Assembly: GCA_003971905.1 (NCBI GenBank)
Contig: RSEE01000014.1
Coordinates: 682,001 to 746,000 of the forward strand
From: Moniliella sp. 'wahieum'
Lineage: Eukaryota
Reading direction: 5' to 3'
DNA: 64,000 nt
Part shown: positions 1 to 12,031 of the stretch, piece after piece
How positions within the stretch are numbered: position 1 is the stretch's first letter
Layout: every line of letters begins with the position of its first letter
The notes under the pieces: generated by a model
The model's input: only the letters and a program-made list of their open reading frames with translations
What the model was told of the DNA's origin: nothing
Database searches by the model: none
Position numbers and translations under genes: made by a program

Positions 1-43
1 CCGACTTGGGGGAGGGGGCAGCAATCGTAGCGGAGGGCGCCAT
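1..43 (-). CDS. Probable 5' end of a gene running off the window (MAPSATIAAPSPKS...)
   Basis: ATG at 43-41 on the minus strand, frame open to the window edge, and TATAAAA about 45 nt upstream (92-86). Product not identifiable from 14 aa. Confidence 0.45.
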   Translation of the reverse strand, partial: MAPSATIAAPSPKS

Positions 44-677
44 TTCGTTGGTCAGAAGCAGCCGTAAAGCGGAGCAGAGTGGTGATTTTATACACGAACT
101 TTCCTGTACTTCATGGAGATAATCTGGCGGGATCGGTATGGTCCGTGCTACAAGCTCGTGCTAAGCGAGATGGACGAATAATATAGGAAAGCAAGGGAAT
201 AAGGAAGTGACTAACCCTAGAGTATATCAGTGTTGGTCAGATGGGTGCATGACACTGCGCTTGTGCCAGCCCGCATCAAACGGCCTTCACGATTGCGCCA
301 TCCCCAAAGATGTTGTGATCCGACAGCTATTATATGATTCTGGTCGACACGGTTTTGATGCAGTGAATTACCGGTATGCCCGCATGTTCGGCACTTCAAC
401 GTCGGCAACCGTTCCTTACGTGTCTATTGATTCCGATCGATGACGCGGATGACGAGATAGGCCTCACCTCGCTGGTCTTCAAGTGTCACTCGCACTTCGC
501 CTCACTTGTCACTTCTAGTCGCTCGCATTCCTATCTATACTACCGAGGAAGACAGCTTGGAGTCCATCAATGTGAAAAAGGTGCATTTTCACATGTACAT
601 AGCAGCAACATAACCGGATAATTCTTGTTAGCGGCTCGCAAGAAAGGATATGGGGCCCCACACTTGGAAGATCCCCC

Positions 678-1974
678 TCACAAGTAGGTTTGGGCGAGAC
701 GCTGTTCAAGGTATTTGTCGGTCACAACTGGACCGTACTTCGGCTTCTCGCCCGGCGCGACACAGGTAGACAAAACTTCGACGCAAGTGTCTGGGTTGGG
801 GTTGGTGAAAAAGGGAATCGAGTAGCGGCGAGGGGTGTGGGTCGCTGCGGGGTCGTCCAGCGGAGGTGCTGTGACGCGGTGCACGGTCGAGACCAGCACA
901 TTGTTGGACCAACGCGAGAGCAGGTCTCCCACGTTGATCACAATCGTCCATCAATCGGCGGGGCATTCACCCACTCGCCCGTTTTGGGATCCCGCACTTG
1001 CAGTCCCGGCCCACCCTGGATGAGGAGCGTGAGCGACCCATAGTCGGTATGTGCCCCGCCCGATTCGTTTCACGAGTGTCCGCATCCACCACCTCCACCT
1101 CACTCACAGGAGTGGGAGGGTAATGGAGTAGGCGAAGAGTGTGCCACTCCTTGTCGCACTTTTTGTCAAAGAAGGTGGGGTCAAGCCCCAACCCGACAGC
1201 AATGGCACGAAGGACTTCAAGATGGAGCACGTCGAGCTCATGGCGGAGCTCCAGCATGGTGTTTCGGAACTCGGGGAGTTCTGCGTCGGTAGGCCAAAAG
1301 TTGGTAAACTCCGGATCAATCTCCCGTCCAATCTCGAGGCTCTCCTTGACGTCGGGCGCAGCCTGGCGCAACTTGGCAATCTCTGCCTCGTCCGTTACGT
1401 TCGTGACACGTTCCCGTCCGGTCGCCACGTACCCACGATTGGCCCGGGGAGCTTAAGTGGACAAAATGGTCAGCACACGGTCGTAGGCACCCGAATGAAG
1501 GGAGATGAGGGGAAGTGGAGAACATACAGCGCCATGCCAGCCGGTCTTTGATTTGTTGGTCCAACTCAAAGAACTTGGCAGATAGATCAAAGGCCCGATC
1601 AATCAGTTTTTGGTCGACACCATGATCAGACAAGTAGGCAAAGCCGGAATGTTTGAAGGCGTCTGTCAAATCTTTGGCCACTTGGCCTGTTCCGCCGCAT
1701 CGGTCGCTTTCAAAAAGCGGGCAAAGGGGATAACGGGGATGAGCGGTTCACTCTTGGTGGACTGTGCCAGGAAGCTCGTTTTTGAGGCAGAGAACGGCGA
1801 GAGGCGAGAAGTGTGGAGCGGCCGTTGCGGCACGAATGCGAGTGGGGCAAGGCGCGGTGCTGACAGTGAGTAGCTCGGGCGGGGCAAGGCGAACGAAAAG
1901 GGGGATCGGGTGGCCAGTGCATGGGCTGGGCGAGTAGCGGCCGGAGTGGAGCGTGCGATCAAGGGAGCCAGCAT
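678..1974 (-). CDS. 2-oxoglutarate/Fe(II)-dependent oxygenase, isopenicillin N synthase-like (DIOX_N + 2OG-FeII_Oxy)
   Basis: Joined frames give [21 protein letters not shown] (DIOX_N), [16 protein letters not shown] (HxD), [18 protein letters not shown] (distal His) and RYSIPFF (RxS). Intron ~1452-1527; several frameshifts. Confidence 0.9.
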
Positions 1975-2284
1975 GGTCACGGCCGTGGAGTTGGAGGTGG
2001 GGAAGATGGCCGCTCAGATCGACTCAGAGTGCATACGAGAAGGACGGGCAACTGACGGGCAACTGTACTCGCGCCAAGCCAGGCCAAGCAAGCCGCCACA
2101 CAGCCCGCTGGAGGCGCCAGGAACATGGGGCGCCAGCGCAGACCAGCCCGCCTCGATAACGGCCCCTGGTCTTGGGGCTCGGCCTGGCACGGCGCCAGTT
2201 GCATTATCAGTACCGAAGTTCCCGGCTGTACCGCCCCTCCCGTCTTGGCTGAAGGTTGAATAATGTTAGCGTGAACAATTCTGC

Positions 2285-2515
2285 CATTTCAACGTTTTCA
2301 ACTTGCATACTTCCTGTTCGAGCTGCCGAAAATCCCTCAACTTGAACGTGAGAAGCCTGTCTCCCCACTTGCACCGATAACGGACATACCCCACATCTGC
2401 ATATGGTGCCTGCCATAGCAAGCCACGCCTAACACCTCCAAGGGGGCGTTGAACGTGGTGAACGAGGAGGTTGAAATGCTAGCGTTTCAACCTTCAAGCT
2501 TCAACGTTCAACTGA
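2285..2515. repeat. TNA-palindrome heptamer cluster (ACGT/AGCT cores)
   Basis: e.g. TCA-AGCT-TCA-ACGT-TCA at 2494-2510, plus several degenerate TCAAC/TTGAAC units. Confidence 0.7.
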
Positions 2516-2860
2516 TGAAGTGTGCCTTGGGGAGCTGTCGGCTACACGCCAAGATGCGAGCACTCTAAAGTACGAATGTAAATGTATGAGAGTGCACGAA
2601 GACAGGTACTCAGGATGCTGACACATTCAAATGGTGCGCTTTCAAGGCAGGAAAGTGCTCGCTAGACAGTGGACAAGAAACTCAAACAGAAAGAAGCGCC
2701 CACACCATGGGGCAGGACACCATTTTGTCGCAAAAACGTGTCTATGACCAAAGTCATCTTCCATCAACTTGAATGGTGGCTCAAAAGATGGCCAAGCAAA
2801 CAATCAGCACTACTGGGCAGTGCAACGGTCGAGAGTGCACGACCAAAGGAGGGTGTCCTA

Positions 2861-3816
2861 TCAAAGCAAAAGAGCACCCAGAATAGCGCCACCAACAATC
2901 CCGCCAACGATTGCCCCATTGTTGTTCTGCGTACCACCATGGGCTGGCCATTGCCAGAGCGGATGCACTTCAAATGGGGATCTGAATCAAGTATACGAAT
3001 TGGTCGGGTACGCCGGGCGGTGGTGTGTGGGGGCAGTACAACCACATCCTTACCATCTGCATCGCGTTGTAGAAAGATGGGCCGGCCCGTGCGGGTGACC
3101 TCAGAAATGCGCGACTCAAACGGGCCCGAGCCTGAGCGAAAGTCTCGCCTGCTGGCTTGCCCGGCCTTGCGTTCTTTGGAATCCAACCTGCGCTTTGGAT
3201 CGACGATGAGGCACAGACGATTGTTCCCGGTGCGTAACGCATCCTGAGCTTTAATCACCTCGGAGGCGGCGAAGCCAAGGAAGTGTCAACTCCCTGACTG
3301 TGCATCCGCTGTATGGTATTTTCCCACTTGGTCACCTTCCGTTGCTCAGGGCTGAGCGAAGCAAGATACTGTGGATCCAAGTAGGGGTGCACCCATGTGC
3401 TGCGACCCGCCCCGTTGTTGGCACGTTGGTCGACATAAAACGGATGTCCGCAGTTGGAGTCGAATTGGCGGATCCAACCAGGCGGAAGCGGTCGCTGGTC
3501 CTCTCCGGGAGCAGGGGAAGACAAAAAGGAAGCCGAGCTTGGGCCAGCATTTGCGGGGGGCAGTAGCGGTGGCGATGTGGGAAGATGGGCCTACTGTCGG
3601 AGGGGGACCGTGGGCAGGATGGAAGCCTGGTAAGGGCGGTGGGTTACCGTGGGAACTATGGGCTGGATGGAAGTCTGGTAAGGGCGGTGGGACAATGCCG
3701 GCGGGAGCGCTCTGCGAAGGAGTGACACCAAGCGCCTCTTCGTACGAGGGAGGGAGGTCACTGGGCGGGGGGGCACGTGTGGTGCCGGCGGCAGGGGCTG
3801 GACCGGAGGTGCCCAT
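2861..3816 (-). CDS. Pro-rich WW-domain protein with C-terminal hydrophobic glycine-rich tail
   Basis: PLPPGWIRQFDSNCGHPFYVD...STWVHP is a WW domain. N-terminal LPPSYEEA; C-terminal NNNGAIVGGIVGGAILGALLL*. Assembled across frameshifts. Confidence 0.75.
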
Positions 3817-4340
3817 GGCGGTGGGGATAGGACAGAGGGTTTGAGCGGGGCAGAGGTGGCTGTGCTCTTGACAGCCACCCACCCACCACCTCATGCGATC
3901 GGGCGTCAGACATCAGGCCTCAGGCGTCCGATGACCCTCAGAGGCGTCAGGCTCATGCAGGTGTGCGCTCCGGCTAAGCTTTCCGGCCGAGACGCTTGCT
4001 TGCGAAGGGTGGATGAGCTCTTGACTTGTAAGCTTGACGCTTGAATGGCCTCCTGATTGGGTTCTGAGGCTCCCGAATGATTATCATCACGTGATGGGGG
4101 GGCATCCTATCAGCTAGCGATTCTCACGGTCCTCTTAGCTAATCAGATAAATCGTCTTATCACATGAGACGTGGGTCATCACATGTCCCATGCCCTGATC
4201 ATGTGATCATCGCTCATCGATCACCCTAGCATCCCCTACCCCACAGGCCTAGGAGGCATGACGCATTACATAAGCGGCCATCGCCCGCTCAGCTCCACAT
4301 GTGCCCCTCCCTAGACGCGCTGCTCATCGCTCCAGCCGCC

Positions 4341-7267
4341 ATGGACGCTGTGGACGAGAGCACGCTGTGGCCACCTACCAGCTCCACTCGCCCGACCCCA
4401 TCCGGTGGGAGGAGTGGGACGCAGACAACGGCGACGCCGACCAGGCCGCCAGCTGGGACAACGAGGCAGATCCGCTGGGCTTGCTGCCCAAGCTGCCGTC
4501 GTCCAAGCAGTTTGACCCAGCCGTCCGCTCCACACTCAGCTCTACTCCAAGAGCTTCGATCCCAAGGCCTTTCTCACCCATGCGTACCCCGACCTGACCT
4601 TTGGCGACCTTACCCATGGCCTTGCCCACCTGCGCTCCAACATCGAGCAGCGTTCCGAGGCGCTCAAGGTGCTTGTCCAGGACAACTTCGATCGCTTTGT
4701 CGCTGTCAAGGCGACCAACGACGGTGTGTTCCGCGAGATGGGGAGCATGCCAACGGCCCTCTTCGTCCCGAGGCCGACTATGGCACAGCCAATCTGAGCA
4801 AGACTCTCATTTCGGCTTATGCCAAGGCCGACCAGGTGTTCCCCCGTTTTGACCAACAACCTCAAGGCAACTAAGCTGCGCTCCACGCTGGGCGTCTTTG
4901 AACGCTCCAAGTTTTTCTTCAATCTTCCTGCTTCCATCAAGGACAGCGTCGACGCAGGAAAGTATGATGTGGCCCTCAAGGACTACCGCAAGGGCAAGTA
5001 CCTCATGTCCACCCGCCCGGGAAAACTCTTGGCGCTGCCTTCCTTGTCAGCCAATGCGGATGCGCCTGATGCGCCCACCCAACCTGGATCGCGCCTGCAA
5101 GCCCAACAGAAGCGTGTGTTTGACAATGTTTGGGGAGCAGTCGAGCGGGTGATGTCTGAGATGGAGCAACGCCTCTTTAGCCAACTTAAGGACCCACTCC
5201 GCAACATGGACGAGCAAATCAAGACGATCGAGTAAGTAGTGTTCCGATGGAAGAGCTGATAATGGCTAACTCAGACGCACCCTTGCAGGTTCCTCCTTGA
5301 ACTGGAAACTGCCCAAGACCCTGTCCTTGTCTTTCTGGAATCGCAGCGGATCCATGTCCGCACCCACATTACCAAGACCTACGACCACTGCACCTCCAAG
5401 ATCGACGCGACTCGGGCTGAAATGGCAGGCGACCGGGTCCGCGGCAACGATGTCAAGACGGGGCCAAGACCTGGCAGCCTGTCTCCGCGAGCTGCGGAGC
5501 GCAGAGCCGAAGTTTGAACGCCGTTGGGTGGGGCGGCGTGGGTAGAAATCCAGCACTTTGTACGGGCCATGTGCAATGTTCTGCTCCGCCACCTGCCTGC
5601 GGCGGCACGGGTGCTGAAACAATACACTTCGGGCACCTTTTTCCAACGCGGTTCCACCTCCACAGGTGTCAATGCGCGTGTCGCCGCCCGGGGTGGCGTG
5701 GCAGAAGGAATCCGTCTCCGAGTTTTGCTCGCTGATGTCGCACTTTTTCGTGCTGTCGGATGTTGTTCCCCCTGAAGGTTCTTCTATGGGGCCGCTGCCC
5801 GATTGGGTTCCAGAGGGCGGTCGTGCTTTACTGCTGGGGTTTTTATGCGCTCCACGTTGGATGAGCTGGACGAAAACAGTCACGGAATTGGAAACCATCG
5901 TTCCTTCCGAGGGGGGTGGAGAGCAGCTGAGCAACCTGCTGCGTAACATGCGTTTCCGCTTTACGGATGTCATCTGCACGTTGTATCTCAATGATGCACG
6001 CATTCTCCACGTATGGAGGACTGGACACCCGATAATCAGCCCACGGCAGCCGAAGCAGGCACCACAATGTACATGCGCGATTTGGCTTCCGCACACCGGA
6101 CCGCCGCCCGACTTGCCGTGATGGTAGCCGGCGGGAAGGAGATGGCGAGTGGGGGTTCGAGCAAGTCAGTCACCACGGAGCGCGCGCTGCGGATTCGGGC
6201 TGCGTTTACGGATGCCATGCGTGCCTCCTTGGATGGGATCAAATCATCACAACAGAGCAGTACGATCCGTCTGATTCGGAGGTCGGAATTATCTCGTGCC
6301 GTGCCTGGGTCGGCGGTGACGATCGATGTGAGCTCGGCGGACACGCGTCTACTTTGTCGGTACTGAACGTGCAATACGTCAAAGAGCGCCTTTTGCCTGC
6401 CCTCCTTTGCCGAGGTGGGAGCTGCGCTGCCGGTGAGCTTGAGCGAGAGGGGCGAACGCTTCGCTCGCGTGCATCAGCAGTGGACTCGTCTTGTTGAGCA
6501 GTACGTAAATACGTGGGTGCTCCGATTTTCACCCTCATGCGCGACGGGATTCTCAATTCGGACTTGGACTGGTGTGCGATTCCGCCACCCAAGGGAGTGC
6601 GTCCCTACATCTACGATGCTTTGCTCGCCATGGTCGAGGTCCACGCTCATGTCCGTACCGTCACTGCTGCCGGTACGCGGTCCGGAACAGTGACCGAGCC
6701 AGCGCCATCCCAAGGTCTGGTAGAACGCAGTTGGCCGCGTTGACTGACAGCCTGGTCAGCGCCATTGGCTGCATTCCAACAGATCCCGCTTTTGGCAGGG
6801 GGCATGTTGCAGGCCACGTTGGAGATCGAGTTTCTGCACCAGACCATGGGTGCATGCGTGACGGCGACCGCGGAAGCCAAGCTGAAGCAACTGTATGATA
6901 TGATCAGCGAGCGGTATCGGCGCAAATCGCCCGACGAACAAGCCAAGCTCCAAACGAATTGGCCACCGTTCGACGCACCCTGGTAGCCTCTCGCAAAACC
7001 ACCGCGCTCCAGTCCCTGTTCCGTCGCCCGTACGAGCGGCGAGAGCAAGAGCAGCAGTTCTCGCCCCGCTACCGCTCTACCTCGCGCACCGTCTCGGAAA
7101 CTGGCAAGGTGCGACCGAGAGAATCCGAGCGCGACCGTCCGTCCACCAGCACCAGCCTTTCCTCCCGCCCTTCCGGAGCTGAGGCAGAGGAGCGCCCCCG
7201 TCCTCGCCCGTCCCGCCCCGCCGCTCCTGCGCGCAGCCGCTCTCGCACAGACCATCTCGATGTATAA
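4341..7267 (+). CDS. SEC5: Exocyst complex component Sec5
   Basis: LRSNIEQRSEALKVLVQDNFDRFVAVK, KLRSTLGVFERSKFFFNLP..GKYDVALKDYRKGKYL, VRPYIYDALLAMVEVHA and GGMLQATLEIEFLHQTM are Sec5 blocks. Intron ~5232-5288; many frameshifts. Confidence 0.88.
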
Positions 7268-8177
7268 CCAAGCGGATCCCCCCTCTTGGCTGCCAGTGCT
7301 GTCCCTTTTCTGAACTGATTGGACTTGTCGTAATCATGCATGTGGGGCTGGAGGCAATAGTCTGGCTGGAAGGACCTACAGTCGCCTCCCAGATCCTTAG
7401 GGGGGTAGGGAGGATGGAAAGACTACCGCAGAACACCCCGATTCCCTGGTCCCGTCACGGGCCAAGGCCAAATCGTGTGCATTAGCATGATGCCCGTTTT
7501 GACAAGGGTTTAAAGGAGAAGCGACCAACACGCCTCTTGCTTTTTTGATGGTGATGACGTCTGGAGTTCTGATGGTCCTTGAGAGTGATGCAATCGAGCT
7601 AGTGGTGGTAGTGGTGGTGGTCTAAGCCAGCCAACCACGCATACAAATGCAGGCGGAGCGCTTCTCCACCAGATGCTCTGCGCCCTAGTGAGAGTTTGGT
7701 TTGGACCCGAGAGGGAAAAGGGCTTGAGATCTCGGGAGGGCGAGATCGATGGAGGGCCGGGGTTAGCCAACAAGAACAACATTGCTTTTTCAATGTTACA
7801 GCGCAACGCCATGTCAGATCGCTCAGATGACGTAGCTGCAGCGTGGAAGTGTCGATTTGGCATCCCAGCCCATTCGGGGTGCTTCGTTGCGAGGGCGAGC
7901 GCGGGGGCAGTGTAGTGCTGTCCACGCGCAACCACCAGCACAGCCGACCAGAGCGCCGCCGTGCTGGGCAAGCGACAACCCTAGCGGCGCACGCCGTTGG
8001 GTGGGCGCCGCCGCTCCTCCCCGGCGACTCGGGAGCAGCTGAGAGGCCGAGGCCCAGAACAAGGGCCAGTTTGGCGCAGCGCACTTCCCTTCTCCCTTGC
8101 CACCACCACCTCCACCGTTGCTTGGACACTCCCACGTGTGTAGTCTCCCATTGCTCTCCTTGCTGCATCCGAGCTAA

Positions 8178-8648
<471 letters not shown>

Positions 8649-9072
8649 GCCTTGCTCACCGCACAATTGCATATTCCCCACCTATGAGCCGGACTAGTAA
8701 CACTGTAGATTCATACCGCAACAACAGGCCTTATCGTTGAGGCCCAGGTGAGCCAAGAGCGGCTCACTCTTTGACCGTTGGTCGCTTTTGCTAGGTGATT
8801 GCCTCGGTCGATCGGGCTTGCAGTGTAGCGCAGAGGTGTCCATGTTATACGTAAGCTCAGCGTCACTTGTCGGGACGATGCTGGTTGAATCATGAGGCAT
8901 GGTCGATGACCCTCTATCATTGTATCAGGGCTCGCGCATCTCATCTTCTAACCATCATCTTCAGTCCTCATCTATGCTCATCTTTCTTTCCGCCTTTCCC
9001 TATCGCCCTATCCCACTTGCGGCTCTTCGTACGTCTACTCACCGACGTATCCGTTGCTCTCCTATCCGCCCC

Positions 9073-12031
9073 TTAGCGGTGAGTCTGAAAGATGAAATGA
9101 GTGTGGGCGGGGAAAGGCCCAGGGCACCGTTGACTTTGAAGATGAGTTTCGTTTCTCCAACAAAAGGAAGAAGAGACGAGCGGGACGAATTTCGCCTTCA
9201 GTAACCTGCTCGTACCTCGTTTCCTCAAACCAGAGGATGCACATTTGCCACAAGGCATCACTGTAGTATAGGCACTCCTCTTTGTTTCTTTCTTGGGCAT
9301 GGCGAGATTATTGTAATGCACCGCCGTGCGTAACCCTTCTTGGCTCTGCTGGCCATAAAAGATGGCAACCCCGACTCTATCCTGGGTCAGGCTCATTACG
9401 TCTGTACGATGTGCAAAGCCATGCCGGTCCTCGACCCTCCTAACCTCCAGAATGCGTAAATGGAATGGAAGCAAATGCCTCGACTCCAAAAATTCATATT
9501 TTTTGGCACTCACAACTCACACCTTTCGCCTTGGAATTGTAAGGCTTGCGTCTATATCATTTCACCGGGTGTCCATCCCTCCTCTTTATAGGTGCACACA
9601 TACGTCTCGAACCTGTTTTTCGAAACCTTGTAACCCTCGCAGTCAGGTCCAATAAAGTCCAAGGAACACTGGCGTGAACATAGGAGGGTCGCGAGTAGTG
9701 CTTTGCTATATAGTCGTCCGGCAGAGCCAGGTAGCATCCGAGAATGAGGTTGCAGGTTTAGAGGGACCCGACGTAAAAGCGGGCAGCTCGGATGGGCGAG
9801 GAAAGGATGAGCGAGTTGATCGAAAAGGCGGTTCTTCTAGAGTGGAGTTCCAGGAAGAAGGAGAAGTAAGAAGAAGGTGGGCAGGGATCGTCAGCGGTTA
9901 CTGATACCTCGCGGATGAGCCTAGCAAAGCTTGTTGCTGAAGGCGATGTGCAGTCTCATGGTTGAAGCTCCACATCTTGTTGGAGAAGATTAGCTTCTCC
10001 ATGGAATCACGGTCCTGTACTCTCTGAACCGTGAGATTGACATCTTTCAGCTCACGGTAAAGGTATCGACCCCTGCCTAATAGGTACTGTGGATCATTGT
10101 AATGAGCTCTCTGGTTAGCGTCCTCAGTATATGGTAGTTCGATATTGATGGGCTAGACGTACTCGTTTGATACGAAGCAGGGCGTTAAAGTTCTCAAAGC
10201 CCTGCCAATCTCTTGGGGTGTGATGGTATTAAAAGCTTCCTCTAGGTGAGCGAGTACAGTATTTGCCTTGATGTACCCGTTATTGGGGGGAGCCTTGCGT
10301 TCCTTCTTGGCCATATGAAGCCGTGGATGGGGAATTTCTTCAGGGGGAACATTGTTGCCACGGTTTGAGGCAATGGATGGGTTACGAACACGGTGGCCAG
10401 ACTGCTCCATGGGCACCACATGTGGACGTATTGGAGGTGTCCTGTGCCCATCTCTGGGACGTAGAGGCAGCGTAGAAGGCGCAGGATTGGCAGTATGCCG
10501 GTTTCCGACTTGGGGCCTGGTACGCTCCCGACTGCCAATTCCATGAGCTTGGGGTTGGATATTGTCGGGATAGCGTCTATCCCGTGCATATGCATAAGGG
10601 GAGGTACGGGTGGTACCTATATGCCGAGTACGCCGTCCGTTGTCGCGGGTGCGTGTCTGATTGGTAGGCCGCCCACGTACAGGAACATCCTCACCATGAG
10701 GATCATCACTTGATGGTAAGTGTCTGTCTTGGCCCCTTGCGGGTCCGGAGTATTTAACATTGCACGGCCATGACGGGGTAGCAGTTGATCATGAGGTTCT
10801 TGTTCTCGGTCCGTACACTCATCACGGTTAGTCGACGGCCTACCCTCACTCCTACCCTCATCGTCGGTCTCATGATGGGCTAGAGGACAAATGTCAGTCA
10901 CGATAATGCATCTTTTAAACAGAAAATGACACAAAGTGTGAATGTTAGCTTACCTTCATGTAATTGTTGGCGTGCTGGTCTGTCAACGACTGGATTCACG
11001 GGCGCCTCCCCCCGTGGAACAGCAACGACCTCTTCTTCTTCGTCATTCGTGTGTCCATCCTCATGTACAGGCATGCTGGGCCTCCGCACACGAGTGGAGT
11101 ACGTGACACGCCGACGCTCAAAGAAGGAGCTGATGATAATGTTCATTTGGCGCTCCATACCGGCCACGCTCCAGAACTTGTAGAACTCCAAAAACAGCTT
11201 TTTCTTTGCACCTTCCATGGCAGCTCGCGTGGCATCACTCGTGTTGCGAGATTGCACAAAGCGAAGCCCCGCATAATTAGTGGTTACGGCTCCATTTTCT
11301 CTTGCGCGCATGAGATCTTGCCTGAGGTGGTAACGAGCCTTCTCAAAATACGTGTGGTCCATCACGTCAAGGACATGGTCGTAATCGCGATTGTCGTGGG
11401 TCTCGTCATATTGAATTGGTTCCGGGTGTCCTGGAAGGTGGATGATGAAACCAAATTCCAGCATGATCTGAACGAAAGCACGGAGCTTGGCTGTTCCGGA
11501 AGGCCTGCGACTCTCATCGAGGGAAGTGCGGTTAAGCCCCTTACTCTTTCTCTCAACCGCGCGATTTTTTTGGCGTTCTGGTCAAGAGGTGCATCCACTT
11601 GAATGCCAAATGGCATATGACTACCGGTAGCACGAACCAAGGGTTGAACAGGATTGTTTGCTGTACGTTGACGAGTAATGGCATTGTCTGCAAGAGGTTG
11701 GTCATAGATGTTGTGTAAGTTGTGGCGCTGGTTGGAAAGTTGAGAAGAACGAGCGTGGGCCCTATGTTGGATCAATGTACGACGCGAGACAACATCGCCT
11801 TTACAGCGGGAACACCCACATGGGGCGTAGTCTCTGCGGTCAATGAGTGGCACCACAGATCCCTCGGTCGGGTTTTTGGATGTGTAGCGGAACCCCACTT
11901 CTTAAAATGTTCTCTGGCAGTTTCCTTGGTGCAGTGACGGGACCCTTGCAGAAGGAACAATCACAAAGCACCAAAGGCGATGAGCGCTCACTGGATGGAC
12001 CGGACCTCTGCTCGAGTGGATAACGGGCCAT
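9073..12031 (-). mobile_element. Orphan, possibly transposon-derived coding island with two CxCxxC...H modules
   Basis: Minus-strand fragmented ORFs starting MARYPLEQ.. with CDCSFCKG..TAREH and CGCSRCKG..SRRTLIQH. Intron-like segments at ~10912-10953 and ~10111-10162. Visibly lower GC than neighbouring genes. No catalytic domain or TIR recognised. Confidence 0.35.
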
